64,000 bases of DNA. Source: Isurus oxyrinchus (Eukaryota). Positions 1 through 12,502 of this stretch are shown here, one piece after another. Location of the stretch: contig JANJGN010000189.1 in assembly GCA_026770705.1 (NCBI GenBank), positions 682,001 to 746,000 of the forward strand, in the 5' to 3' direction. Below the pieces are notes generated by a model. That model made no database searches and was not told where the DNA came from. It was given only the letters and a program-made list of their open reading frames with translations. Numbering within the stretch: position 1 is the first letter of the stretch; each line of letters opens with the position of its first letter. Position numbers and translations under genes: made by a program.

Positions 1-666
1 TCTGAGAACTTAAAACTCTGCAGCAGATCAGAGACAATCATGATCACTCAGGATATTTGACAGTTTTACACACAGACAGCTTTACCTTCCTTCTCTCTTT
101 CAGTTATCTTGCTCCCTTATTGAAGTATCTAGCAAGGTGAGAATGGACAGGAAGTGTGACACTGAACAGCCTGTCTATTCTAGGAGCTGCTGTGTTGTCT
201 TCATGGGAAATTCTGACAAAATCAGCAAAAGACACAAAATTTCAGGGCATTGTTATCCGAGTCCCAGCATCAGGATAGACTTCATCCCCCAGTTGGTGTT
301 CCTGATTCTCTATTCAGCCGATCGCTCCCCTGTCACTGGCTGACCTACACTGGCTCCCAGTCCAGCAATGACTCAAATTTCAAATTCTCATCATCGATTT
401 CTTACCCCACCATCCCCCCTCTGCACTCCCGATCCCTGTAACCTCCTCCAACCCTAAAACCCTCTGAGATCTCTGCTCTCCTCCAATTCTGCTGTCAGAC
501 AGGGAATCAGTGTATATCAGTGAGCACAGGGGTGATGGGTGAATGGGACTTGGTGTCAGTTTGTACACTGGCTCACTGCTGAATCGGTTCCCAATCACAC
601 TCAATAAGAATGATCTTTTACAAAGACTATTAGCCATAAACCTGTCCGAGCTGACGATGTTATTAC

Positions 667-706
667 CTTGGAGAAGTGACAGGAGGAAGTAAGATTTCCC
701 GATCAT
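667..706 (-). CDS. Gene A signal-peptide (leader) exon, coding part MIGKSYFLLSLLQ(G); the rest of the gene lies left of the window
   Basis: ATG at 706, 13 codons +1 nt, then a GTAAT donor (phase 1). Near-identical to the leaders at 30926-30965, 39134-39173 and 46896-46935. An upstream non-coding exon donor (G|GTAAGT) lies at ~1157. Confidence 0.8.
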
Positions 707-1156
707 TGTCCACTCCCAAATATTTCATAAGCTTCTGACTCTCAAACTCTGAAAGAGAAAGGAGTTAATGAGACCTCACCTCTTGTCCGACAGCTCTCAA
801 GAGATCAGAACTGTTTTTGGACAATGTCTTGACAGACTAATTTGATTCTCTGTGGGATGATAGGTGCTCTGCAGAGAGTTACAAGGCTTTAAGAAAGAAA
901 AACATTGAAGGATTTGCATTTCTATAGCACCTTTCACCACCTCAAGACGTCCCAAAGCTCATGTCTCTGCACTTCCCTCATCCCTTGAGCTAGAAAGATG
1001 TTCTGTGCAACAGACTTGAGTCTCACACCCAGATCTCAATAATCAGTAGAAATCTTTCAAAGGCATCAATCATTGGAATCTGTCTTTATAAAGTCACAAC
1101 ATCAACAAAGGACGGTGTTGGTCGTGGAAGTGAATTCCAATCGTTCCGTTACTTAC

Positions 1157-1300
1157 CCAGGACTTGTCCGACTGCTCGCCTGGGGAGGAACTGCCCACAC
1201 GCTCTGCTTGGGCTGAATGACCTCTTCCTGTGCTGCTCCCTCTGTGTGTTTAATTAGAAAGGGTTGATGTGTCACTGTGAGATAAAATGAGGAAGTGGGT
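1157..1300 (-). promoter_or_regulatory. Gene A putative promoter and non-coding exon 1, with PU.1/ETS box (AAAATGAGGAAGTG, 1284-1297)
   Basis: Block conserved in front of all four leaders. It matches the PU.1 consensus and has a second ACAGGAAG ETS core and a canonical donor. Confidence 0.55.
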
Positions 1301-1524
1301 AACCAGTGAGAAGATCGAGGATGTTTTGTGCTCTCAGCAAAACGTTTACCATGTGATGATCTGTCAGCTCATATTTGGGCAGCTGTAGTCATCAAGCTTC
1401 TCCATTGGCTCCGTGGGATTAGACTCCTCCCCCTCACCTCGGAGGCTGAAACTCAGGCGATAAGAGTTCCCAATACAGGTCTCTGGCCTTATGATACATT
1501 TCAACGATCCCTGTTATCATTACG

Positions 1525-3365
1525 GAGGGAGTGCTGCACTGTCAGCGGCACTGTACTGTGGGAGTGCTGCACTATCAGAGGGTCAGTAATGTGGGAGGGC
1601 TGCACGGTCAGAGAGTCAGTAATGTGGGAGTGCTGCAACATCAGAGGGTCAGTAATGAGGGAGTGCTGCACTATCAGAGGGTAAATAATGTGGGAGTGCT
1701 GAACTGTCGGTGGGTCTGTACTGAGTGGGTTCCACACAGTTGGAGGGTCAGTATTGAGGGGGTGCCGGACTGTGGGAGGGTTAGTACTGAGGTAGAGTGG
1801 AGTGTGAGGAGATATCCTTTCATGGCAGAGTTTAACTGGAATTTATTTAAACACAATTCTTGTACTGTGTGTTATTGCAAAAGAAAGGATTTGAGGAACT
1901 AAGTCTTGTTCCCATAACCCTAAAAATAATTTTCACAGATTTCAATGATTTAGCTTTGAAACTTGCCTCTTTGGGCACCAGTCTTGATTGAAACAACTCG
2001 CACAGCACAGTGGGAGGGTGAGTACTGAGGGAGTGCTGCACTGTGGGAGGGTGAGTACTGAGCGCGGGCTGCACTGTGGGAGTGTGAGTACTGAGGGAGT
2101 GCTGCACTGTGGGAGAGTGAGTACTGAGGGAGTGCTGCACTGTCAGAGGATCAGTAATGAGGGAGTGCTGCACTGTCAGAGGGTCAGTAATGTGGGAGGG
2201 CTGCACTGTCAGAGGGTCAGTAATGTGGGAGGTCTGCATTGTCAGGTGGTCAGTAATGAGGGAGTGCTGCACTATCAGAGGGTCAGTAATGTGGGAGGGC
2301 TGCACAGTCAGAGGGTCAGTAATGTGGGAGGGCTGCACTGTCAGAGGGTCAGTAATGTGGGAGGTCTGCACTGTCAGGTGGTCAGTAATGAGGGAGTGCT
2401 GCACTGTCAGAGGGTCAGTAATGTGGGAGGGCTGCACTGTCAGAGGGTCAGTAATGTGGGAGTGCTGCACTGTCGGAGGGTCTGTACTGAGTGAGTTCCG
2501 CACAGTTGGAGGGTCAGTATTGAGGGGGTGCCGGACTGTGGGAGGGTTAGTACTGAGGTAGAGCGGAGCGTGAGGAGATATCCTTTCATGGCAAAGTTTA
2601 ACTGGAATTTATTTAAACAGAGATTCTTGTACGGTGTGTTATTGCAAAAGAAAGGATTTGAGGAACTAAGTCTTGTTCCCGTAAGCCTAAAAATAATTTT
2701 CACGGAATTCAATGATTTAGCAAGGAAACCTCCCTCTTGGGGCACCAGTCTTGATTGAAACAACTCGCACAGCACTTCGGGAGAGTGAGTACTGAGGGAG
2801 GGCTGCACTGTGGGAGGGTGAGTCCTGAGGGAGTGCTGCACTGTGGGAGGGTGAGAATTGAGGGAGTGCTGCACTGTGGGAGGGGGAGTACTGAGGGAGT
2901 GCTGCACTGTGGGAGGGGGAGTACTGAGGGAGTGCTGCACTTCGGGTGAGTGAGTACTGAGGGAGGGCTGCACTGTGGGAGGGTGTGTACAGAGGGAGGG
3001 CTGCACTGTGGGAGGGTGAGAATTGAGGGAGTGCTGCACTGTGGGAGCGTCAGTACTGAGGGAGTGCTGAACTGTCGGAAGGTCAGTAGTGAGGGAGGGA
3101 TACAGTATCAGAGGATCAGTACTGAGGGAATGCTGCACTGTGGGTGAGTGAGTACTGAGGGAGTGCTGCACTGCCAGATTGTCATCCAAGAGGGAGTGCT
3201 GCACTGTCAGAAGGTCAGTGCTGACGGGGTGCTGCACTTGAAAAGGGTCAATAATGAGGTAGTGCAGCACTGTCAGAGGGACAGTAATGAGGGAACGCTG
3301 CACTGATGGAGGGTCAGCACTGAGGAAACGCTGCACTGTCAGTTCTGAGCGTGGTCTGCACTGTC
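1525..3365. repeat. ~30-bp minisatellite (GAGGGAGTGCTGCACTGTCAGAGGGTCAGTACT) in three blocks separated by a duplicated ~200-bp AT-rich spacer; probably SINE (Deu-domain-like) derived
   Basis: Direct tandem repetition. The spacer occurs at ~1800-2005 and ~2570-2765. The repetitive ORFs here are by-products. Confidence 0.9.
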
Positions 3366-4049
3366 CTAAGTGCATTCTAGGCACTGCCCAAGGTTCCGCC
3401 TGATGTCCGTGTAACAACAACATCATGTACACGTCGAGAATATTTCTCAGTTTGGTGCAGCAAGACAGCTTTGGAATGGCACCACCACTGGCAGGAGTGT
3501 GAAACTACAATGTGACATGTTTACATGGGAAATTTCCATTATAAAGATGGGCACAGGAATTTGTATGATAGAACAAATGTGACAACATGAAGTAATGTCT
3601 TTGAGCCAAAAATTTGGCTTCAAAATAAGAATTTTAATCTATAAATATTTACAGAACAGGCTGAGCATTTTAATCACTTGAGTAAATCAATGTAATTTTA
3701 TTCATAACACAAATGCTTCTTACAATCTATCGCAGCATGAAAAAGGTGCAGCATTCAGAAAGCACATTCCAATCAGAGAACAGAGTTTAGCAACGTCACA
3801 TTTCTGTTCATTCCTATTCGACCATGTTGGCTGCACACAGCCAGACAATGCCGTGGTTATGATGTGTCCACACAGCAGGACTGGGGAGCACCAGGTATAA
3901 GGAAAAGTTTCAGCTTGCTGAGGAGAAGAAGGAGAATCTCTCGTTGCAGGTTTCTCTCCGTACATTAAGAAGCAGGCATGCCGATGTTTCATTGCACTCT
4001 GTCTGCTGATGGGAGTCCGCTTGGAAATTGCTGTTTGTGCTGATGGAAA

Positions 4050-4680
4050 GAATAAGCTTTTCATAAATCGAGGGATTGAGTACAAACACAGGGAGGTTAT
4101 GCTGAACATTTATAAAGCTCTGGTTATGTCACAACTAGAGTATTGTGTCCAGTTCTGGTCTCCTCACTTTGGGAAGGAAGTGAGGGTCCTTGAGAGGGTG
4201 GGGAGGAGATTGAGCAGAATGGGTCCAGGGATGAGGTATTTTAGCTACAAGGTTGGGTTGGAGAAGCTGGGGTTGTTCTCCTTGGAGCAAAGGAGATTGA
4301 GGGGGGATCTGATCGAGGTGTACAAGATGATGATGGGTTTAGATAAGGCAGACAAAGAGAAGCTGTTGCCATTAGCTGATGAGACAAGGACTGGGGGACA
4401 CAGATTGAAGGTTTTGGGCAGAGGGGCGATGTGAGGAGGAACTTTTTTACACAGCGAGTGGTAATGAGCTGGAACTCGCTGCCTACGAGGATGGTGGAAG
4501 TTGAGACGATGAACGATTTCAAAAGGAAATTGGATGGACACTTGAGGGGAAATAAACTTGCAGAGATACGGGGATAGAGCGGGGGAATGGGACTGACTGT
4601 ATTGCTTTACAGAGAGGCAGCATGGACTCAATGGGCTGAATGGGCTCCCACTGTGCTGGAATGCCTCTCTGATACGAAGG
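4050..4680 (+). mobile_element. CR1-type LINE 3' fragment (RT C-terminus and 3' UTR)
   Basis: ORF contains LEYCVQFWSP...LGLFSLEQRRLRGDLIEVYK, typical of the CR1 ORF2 end. Mirror copy at ~43800-44420. Confidence 0.9.
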
Positions 4681-4779
4681 TGATTCTAACCAGGACACTG
4701 ACCAGTTTCATTACAACTTAACCCAACATCACACGTTATTTGTCCGCACTGACTGACCAGATTGTTGCTGTACAAAGCT

Positions 4780-4919
4780 TCAAACAGTCTGTCGACTTCC
4801 TTTCACTGTTTGTCTCTCCCAGACACAGACTCCAGCGATAGTGATAACCACAGCCACAAGGAATATCACAGCTCGTATTCCCAGGATCAGGATCACGTGC
4901 AGAATCTCTCCTCCACTGT
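4780..4919 (-). CDS. Gene B terminal exon: transmembrane segment with Arg and short tail, (D)SGGEILHVILILGIRAVIFLVAVVITIAGVCVWERQTVKGSRQTV*
   Basis: Pyrimidine-rich acceptor (TTCTCTAG), phase 1, hydrophobic stretch with a single Arg, TGA at 4782-4780. Not in the ORF track; translated by hand. Confidence 0.85.
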
Positions 4920-6033
4920 CTAGAGAACACACAGAAAGAAATCATCACTGACTCTCCGCTTTCAATCTCTCACTCTGGCTGAACAATCAAGCTTCATATC
5001 ACTGCAACATTTGCTGTAATATTGACCCATCCACTGGGATTCAATGTGGAATGAATGTTTTCATTGTAAACACTCTAAGAGTGGACAATCGGAACTTTCC
5101 CCTTAGCGTGGAACATTGGTGAGAATGGATCATTGTGCTGTTGGACTCCCTGTCCAATGTTTCTCTCCATCGCTGTGTACAGGATTGTGCTGTAGAAAAT
5201 TCTGGAAACGTTTAGTGCCGGGTGGAAATCCATCTCGGACGCGTGTGCGAATCGGGCAGGATCGAGATGGACTCCCCCACGGACTTACACCCCCCGCTTA
5301 ATAAACAGTTCCAATCTTTACCCAGAGAGAGGGGAGAATGTGGAACTCGCTCCCACAGGGAATGGTTGAGGTGAATAGTAGGAAATTAGGAAGTGAAATT
5401 GCTTGAAAAGCTTGGAGATGCAAGGGTTAAGTGCGACCGTGCTACCACTGGTGGGAGAGTGTAACTACAGCGTGATGTTTACATAGGCAATCCCCATTAT
5501 GAACATGGACATCATGTGAAAAATGGGCACTGGAAAGCTGAGAACTTGATGTAAGCTTTTCAGCAACAGGAATTCCCTTCCTAAACCTCTCCACTTCCCT
5601 CTTATTCTCAGATACTCAAACAAAATTTCACACAAAATCACGTAAGGAGGAATTGGGACTGGTGACTGGTCAAAGAGTTAGATTTCAGGAAGGTTCTTAA
5701 AGTAGGATAGAGAGTTCGAGAGGCAGAGAGTATCTGTGAGTATCTCTGTGCATCTGAGTGTCTGTAATAGACTTTGCAATTTCCATATTCTTCCATAAAT
5801 ATGAAAGGGAACACAAATCCCAGAATCCAGGTCAACTCTCCGGTGCAGCACTGAGGGAGGTCAGGTAATCCACAGGGGAGTATGTGCTAGTGTGTTTGTT
5901 TGTGAGTGTGTCTTTGTGTGTGCTCATAGATGTGGGATTGTGTGTCTGCAGGTGTCTATTTAAGGCTGGATATTTATGTGTGTTTCTGTAGTGTTTCAAT
6001 CTGAGAGAGATGTTGAAGTTTGTCTTAACTAAC

Positions 6034-6168
6034 GTTCCACAGTGATGGTTATGAACCCCTCCACTGCTCCATGTTCATTCTCTGAGCACACTGATAGTCT
6101 CCAGTGTCCCTGGATGTAACGTGAGGAATCACCAACCACAGCTCATTGTTGGAACTTGTTCTGTTCAT
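6034..6168 (-). pseudogene. 3' half of an Ig-domain exon (NELWLVIPHVTSRDTGDYQC), 5' half missing, with a 1-nt frameshift
   Basis: DxGxYxC motif. It is 1 nt shorter than the mirror copy at 41747-41882, and no upstream Ig half is visible. Confidence 0.7.
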
Positions 6169-6508
6169 TGTGATATTCAGATGTCAGGACCGGACTCAAC
6201 AAGACAGATTGCAGGTTTACCAACAGAAAGTGAACAACAATTTATATTTAAAGGGAAGAGAGTGCTGGTTAATCAGCAAGTGGTCTCTGATTGGAGGAGG
6301 TGTTGCCATGGAAAATAATGTGTGTGAGATGTAAAGTTTAGACAGCTTGTCTCTTCATTCAGCAACAATCAAATAAAGATCAGTTAACTTCTATCGACTG
6401 TGAAGCACTTTGAGAGGCATGAGAATGTGGACACTGAGAACGGGCTGCACTGTCAGAGGGTCAGCGCTGAGGGAGTGCTGATGTAGAATGAAGGGTGTCC
6501 GTACTTAC

Positions 6509-6805
6509 CTTGCACAGTTAGTACGAGGGTCCGCTCCGATGAAACAGATGGATATCTCACTCTGCAGCTGAGAGTGTGTCCGTGGTGTTTGAGTGATGGG
6601 ATCAGGGTCAGAACAGAAGTATAGGTCAGAGTGACACCATGCTGAGTTACAGTGTTTGAGACTGATCCAGGTACGTCAGTGGGAGTGTCCCAGGTTAAGA
6701 CAGGTGCTGCTGTTCCATTGCACGTTGTGTTGAAGGTGCAGCTTACATCCACACGCTTTCCTGCAATAATTTCAGCAGGGAATATCGTGGGTTTATCTGT
6801 GAAAT
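6509..6805 (-). CDS. Gene B C2-set Ig exon (DFTDKPTIFPAEIIAGKRVDVSCTFNTTCNG...LTW...LSCRV...LTVQ)
   Basis: AG/GT boundaries, 297 nt, phase 1-1. B-strand Cys, extra BC-loop Cys, Trp and F-strand Cys as in Siglec domain 2. Confidence 0.9.
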
Positions 6806-7533
6806 CTAACAGACAGAGAATGGATCCTTTTAGAGAAATATAACGTGAAGCATCAGTTCAAATAGAAATCACAGTCCCACAAGAAAAAGCACTTTTACAA
6901 GGATGATATCAGATCTGAGAGGTTACAATGATTAGGAGAGAATTTCCTGCTTTGAGACTTTGGTGTTTCTGTCTCTCAGCTTAATACACGTTCACTCCGA
7001 GACACTTGAACTGATAATAGTGGGTGAGGGTGGTGGAGCAGACCAGAGTTTGGAGTGCACTAACCCATCAGTCCCTCAGCGATCTAGGCCATTTTTTACT
7101 TTGCAATTTGTGGGAGCTTGCTGTGCGCAAATTGGTTGCTGTGTTTCCCACATTACAATAGTAACTAAAATTCAGGAATCAGCTCATTGGCTGTGAAGTG
7201 ATTTGGTCCATGCTGAGGTGGTGAAAAGTGCTACAGAATTGTGAATCTTTCTTCTGTCGCTAAGTCAGACTTCGAGACAGGATTAGAGAGATCGATAGTA
7301 GTGGATAACCTGATAACATTGATGGACACAGTCAATACATTTAATCATTGATATTAAAGTGAGTATTAGAGGTTGCTTTAGGAGTGAACTGGAAGCTATC
7401 ACCAGGTTATTGAGAATCAGACAGTGTGTTATAATAAGCTGTGTTTTGTGTTAATATGTAAACGTCACAGTTTGTGTTGTTTCCCATTGAGTGTTGAATG
7501 TGAATTGTTGAGTAATTATAACACAGCACTTAC

Positions 7534-7899
7534 CAGAAACGTGAACCTGGGTTACAGGGTAATAGTTATGGCTCGGACAATTGTCAAATTCTATTCTGAA
7601 AAAATAAGGTCCTGCATCTTCCCGTCTGATGTTGTTTATAATCAGGGAACAGTCACCATCTTTCAGGTCTCCAGACAGCCGGGTCCGATGGTGGAACTGT
7701 GGTAACTCGTGACTGTGATCCTTGGAGTGAAAGGCTATAGACGATGTTCTCCATTCCTCATTATTAAGCCAGACTCCACGTCGCGGTTGGTTTTCCAGAC
7801 ATGATGGATAACTATAATGACATGGAATCTGTACACAGGAACCTTCCTGCACTGTCACCTCTCGTGGAGTGTCACCTTTCCACTCTTGTGAGGGTTCAG
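7534..7899 (-). CDS. Gene B Siglec-type V-set exon (7th, membrane-proximal), Arg+ (YFFR)
   Basis: CCCAG acceptor and GTAAGT donor, 366 nt, phase 1-1. Motifs SCVQIPC, W, GDCSL and DAGPYFFR. Confidence 0.9.
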
Positions 7900-7959
7900 C
7901 TGGGGAGAGAAATCTCAATATTTAACTCTGAATGGTTTGTGGATCCACTGAACCCGATA

Positions 7960-8750
7960 TTTACAGATGAGGCTGAATTGGGGGGATGGTCAATACTGAG
8001 GAGAATGGCAACAAATTATATTGTCAGGAAGAATAGAAAAACAGGATATAATTTAAATGGTGACAGGCTGCAGTATGCAGTACAGAGGGATCTGGGTGTC
8101 CTGGTACATGAATCACAGAAAGTCAGCATTCAGGAACAACACGGAATGAGGAAGGCAAGTGGAATGTTGGCCTTTATTGCAAAGGGATGGAGTATAAAAG
8201 GAGGGAAGTCTTGCAACAGCTACACAGGGCGTTAGTGAGATTGTAACAGGATCATTGTGTACAGGCAGTTCAGAGAAGCTTCACTGGGCTGATTCCTGGG
8301 ATTAAAGGGTTTGTCCTGTGAGGAAATGTTGAGCAGGTTGGGCCTGTATCCATTGGAGTTTAGAAGAATGAGGGGTGACCTTATTGAAACATATCCGATT
8401 CCGAGGGGGCTTGACAGGGTGGATGCTGGGAGGATGTTTCCCCCTCGTGGGGGAATCTAGAACCAGGGAGCACAGTTTCGGAATGAGGACTCTCCCATTT
8501 AAGACTGAGATGAGGAGGAATTTCCTCTCTCAGAGGGGCGCTAGCCTGTGGAATTCTCTTCCCCAGAGAGCAGTGGAGGCTGGGCCATTGAATAGACTCA
8601 AGGCTGAGTGAGGCAGGTTTTTGATCGACAAGAGAGTCAAGGGTTTGGGGGACAGGCAGGAAAATGGAGTTAAGGCCACAACCAGATCAGTGAGAGCAGG
8701 CTGGAGGGGCCGAATGGCCTGCTCCTGTCCCTATTTCTTATGTTCCTACA
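7960..8750 (+). mobile_element. CR1 LINE fragment, repeated in each 2.3-kb unit and at ~54830-55640 (-)
   Basis: QRDLGVLVHESQKVS...RKASGMLAFI and FKTEMRRNF...WNSLPQRAVEA peptides, with frameshifts. Confidence 0.85.
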
Positions 8751-9835
8751 TTCTTACCTTCTTAAAATATTAAAGCTGCAGAAAAAACATGCAAGTGACT
8801 GACCCGCTCGACCCACCTTCCATCTGGGGGTCCCATGGGGAGGACCCTTCCTGAGCCAGATCCACCAGCCAACATGGTCTGGATCCGAGCACAGGAGACA
8901 CGGGGGGGGAGTGACTAACAGGCTCCTTGTGACAGGCCCCGTCTGTCCAATGGCTGGCTTTCAGCTGCCAAGGCCAGAGTTGTCCTTGCTAAAACCGGCT
9001 CAGGACAGGCCAGGACCCCTGTGCAGACCCCCTCCAGCGCTGCAGCCTCTGTACAAACCCCTCATGCGCTTGTGGAGAGACACAAACAAGGCTGCTCATT
9101 ACCGAGGAGAATCCCCTCTACAGACTAAGGTGCTGACTCATCACCCTAAACTCGGCAAATGAGGAGGCTCTCGCTCGGTATCGGGGCTTGGCATTCGCTC
9201 AATAAAAATAATCAAATGACATTTTGGTCAGAAATCTAAGGAGGTTGTACATTCCCTCAAAAATAAGACTCGATCTGGGGTCGAGAGTCAAAGGGCAACA
9301 ACTTATATTTTCACAACAACTTTAACATGACAAATCACTCCAAGGTGCTACACAGGAGCGTCATAAAACAAAGTATGTCACCCAGACACGTGGAGATATT
9401 AGCGACAGCTGACCAGAAGAGGTCGGTGTTATGGAGAGACAGAGAGAAAGAGACAGAGAGAGAGAGAGAGAGAGGGAGAGGAAGAGGGAGAGGGAGAGGT
9501 TTAGGGTGGGAAGTCTAGGGTGGTGAAAGGCGCTGTAGAAATGTAAATCTTTCTTCTGTCGATATGTCAGACTTCAAGACAGGATTTGAGAGATTGATGG
9601 GAGTGGATAAACTGATAACATTGATAGACACAGTCAACACATTTAATCATTGATATTAAAGTGAGTATTAGACATTGCTTTAGGACTGAACTGGAAGCTA
9701 TCACCAGGTTATTGAGAATCAGACAGTGTGTTATAATAAACTGTGTTTTGTGTTAATATGTAAACGTCACAGTTTGTGTTAATTCCCATTGAGTGTTGAA
9801 TGTGAATTGTTGAGTAATTATAACACAGCACTTAC

Positions 9836-10201
9836 CAGAAACGTGAACCTGGGTTACAGGGTAATAGTTATGGCTCGGACCATTGTCAAATTCTATTCTG
9901 AAAAAATAAGGTCCTGCATCTTCCCATGTGATGTTGTTTATAATCAGGGAACAGTCGCCATCTTTCAGGTCTCCAGACAGCCGGGTCCGATGGTGGAACC
10001 GTGGTAACTCGTGACTGTGATCCTTGGAGTGAAAGGCTATAGACGATGTTCTCCATTCCTCATTATTAAGCCAGACTCCACGTCGCGGTTGGTTTTCCAG
10101 ACATGATGGATAACTATAATGACATGGAATCTGTACACAGGAACCTTCCTGCACTGTCACCTCTCGTGGAGTGTCACCTTTCCACTCTTGTGAGGGTTCA
10201 G
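9836..10201 (-). CDS. Gene B V-set exon (6th), Arg+
   Basis: Canonical splice sites, 366 nt, open frame. Confidence 0.88.
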
Positions 10202-12136
10202 CTGGGGAGAGAAATCTCAATATTTAACTCTGAATGGTTTGTGGATCCACTGAACCCGATATTTACAGATGAGGCTGAATTGGGGGGATGGTCAATACTG
10301 AGGAGAATGGCAATAAATTATATTGTCAGGAAGAATAGAAAAACAGGATATAATTTAAATGGTGACAGGCTGCAGTATGCAGTACAGAGGGATCTGGGTG
10401 TCCTGGTACATGAATCACAGAAAGTCAGCATTCAGGAACAACACGGAATGAGGAAGGCAAGTGGAATGTTGGCCTTTATTGCAAAGGGATGGAGTATAAA
10501 AGGAGGGAAGTCTTGCAACAGCTGCACAGGGCGTTAGTGAGATTGTAACAGGATCATTGTGTACAGGCAGTTCAGAGAAGCTTCACTGGGCTGATTCCTG
10601 GGATTAAAGGGTTTGTCCTGTGAGGAAATGTTGAGCAGGTTGGGCCTGTATCCATTGGAGTTTAGAAGAATGAGGGGTGACCTTATTGAAACATATCCGA
10701 TTCCGAGGGGGCTTGACAGGGTGGATGCTGGGAGGATGTTTCCCCCTCGTGGGGGAATCTAGAACCAGGGAGCACAGTTTCAGAATGAGGGCTCTCCCAT
10801 TTAAGACTGAGATGAGGAGGAATTTCCTCTCTCAGAGGGGCGCTAGCCTGTGGAATTCTCTTCCCCAGAGAGCAGTGGAGGCTGGGCCATTGAATAGACT
10901 CAAGGCTGAGTGAGGCAGGTTTTTGATCGACAAGAGAGTCAAGGGTTTGGGGGACAGGCAGGAAAATGGAGTTAAGGCCACAACCAGATCAGTGAGAGCA
11001 GGCTGGAGGGGCCGAATGGCCTGCTCCTGTCCCTATTTCTTATGTTCCTACATTCTTACCTTCTTAAAATATTAAAGCTGCAGAAAAAACATGCAAGTGA
11101 ATGACCCGCTCGACCCACCTTCCATCTGGGGGTCCCATGGGGAGGACCCTTCCTGAGCCAGATCCACCAGCCAACATGGTCTGGATCCGAGCACAGGAGA
11201 CACGGGGGGGAGTGACTAACAGGCTCCTTGTGACAGGCCCCGTCTGTCCAATGGCTGGCTTTCAGCTGCCAAGGCCAGAGTTGTCCTTGCTAAAACCGGC
11301 TCAGGACAGGCCAGGACCCCTGTGCAGACCCCCTCCAGCGCTGCAGCCTCTGTACAAATCCCTCATGCGCTTGTGGAGAGACACAAACAAGGCTGCACAT
11401 TACCGAGGAGAATCCCCTCTACAGACTAAGGTGCTGACTCATCACCCTAAACTCGGCAAATGAGGAGGCTCTCGCTCGGTATCGGGGCTTGGCATTCGCT
11501 CAATAAAAATAATCAAATGACATTTTGGTCAGAAATCTAAGGAGGTTGTACATTCCCTCAAAAATAAGACTCGATCTGGGGTCGAGAGTCAAAGGGCAAC
11601 AACTTATATTTTCACAACAACTTTAACATGACAAATCACCTCAAGGTGCTACACAGGAGCGTCATAAAACAAAGTATGTCACCCAGACACGTGGAGATAT
11701 TAGCGACAGCTGACCAGAAGAGGTCGGTGTTATGGAGAGACAGAGAGAAAGAGACAGAGAGAGAGAGAGAGAGAGGGAGAGGAAGAGGGAGAGGGAGAGG
11801 TTTAGGGTGGGAAGTCTAGGGTGGTGAAAGGCGCTGTAGAAATGTAAATCTTTCTTCTGTCGATATGTCAGACTTCAAGACAGGATTTGAGAGATTGATG
11901 GGAGTGGATAAACTGATAACATTGATAGACACAGTCAACACATTTAATCATTGATATTAAAGTGAGTATTAGACATTGCTTTAGGACTGAACTGGAAGCT
12001 ATCACCAGGTTATTGAGAATCAGACAGTGTGTTATAATAAACTGTGTTTTGTGTTAATATGTAAACGTCACAGTTTGTGTTAATTCCCATTGAGTGTTGA
12101 ATGTGAATTGTTGAGTAATTATAACACAGCACTTAC

Positions 12137-12502
12137 CAGAAACGTGAACCTGGGTTACAGGGTAATAGTTATGGCTCGGACCATTGTCAAATTCTATTCT
12201 GAAAAAATAAGGTCCTGCATCTTCCCATGTGATGTTGTTTATAATCAGGGAACAGTCGCCATCTTTCAGGTCTCCAGACAGCCGGGTCCGATGGTGGAAC
12301 CGTGGTAACTCGTGACTGTGATCCTTGGAGTGAAAGGCTATAGACGATGTTCTCCATTCCTCATTATTAAGCCAGACTCCACGTCGCGGTTGGTTTTCCA
12401 GACATGATGGATAACTATAATGACATGGAATCTGTACACAGGAACCTTCCTGCACTGTCACCTCTCGTGGAGTGTCACCTTTCCACTCTTGTGAGGGTTC
12501 AG
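12137..12502 (-). CDS. Gene B V-set exon (5th), Arg+
   Basis: Canonical splice sites, 366 nt. Protein identical to the 9836-10201 copy. Confidence 0.88.

Larger units (their letters stand above)
1..7010. repeat. Left arm of an inverted segmental duplication matching ~40900-47602
   Basis: Mirror-image ORFs and sequence: leader, minisatellite, CR1, TM and C2. Confidence 0.92.

Noticed and set aside
1525-3365. CRISPR-like array, or repetitive proteins from the 30-bp repeat
   Set aside because: Contiguous degenerate tandem units without unique spacers, in a eukaryotic context. ORFs are open on both strands as a result of the repeat.
7440-7534. Tandem V exons as RAG-rearranging segments (heptamer-like CACAGTT at 7466-7472 and equivalents)
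   Set aside because: No ACAAAAACC nonamer at a 12- or 23-bp spacing, and the motif is not at the coding end. Each V is a complete domain with its own splice donor, has no private leader, and no J segments are present.
7451-7918. Single-exon secreted V proteins (ORF-track MRFLSP...VTFTY) or soluble read-through isoforms
   Set aside because: The ORF ends are intronic: polypyrimidine tract at one end and read-through past a strong GTAAGT donor at the other, starting from non-ATG codons. Nothing in the sequence supports intron retention.
8800-9180. Pro-rich ORF repeated in each unit (PEPDPPANMVW...)
   Set aside because: The frame is broken by a variable G-run between units, it is antisense within an intron, and it has no recognisable domain.
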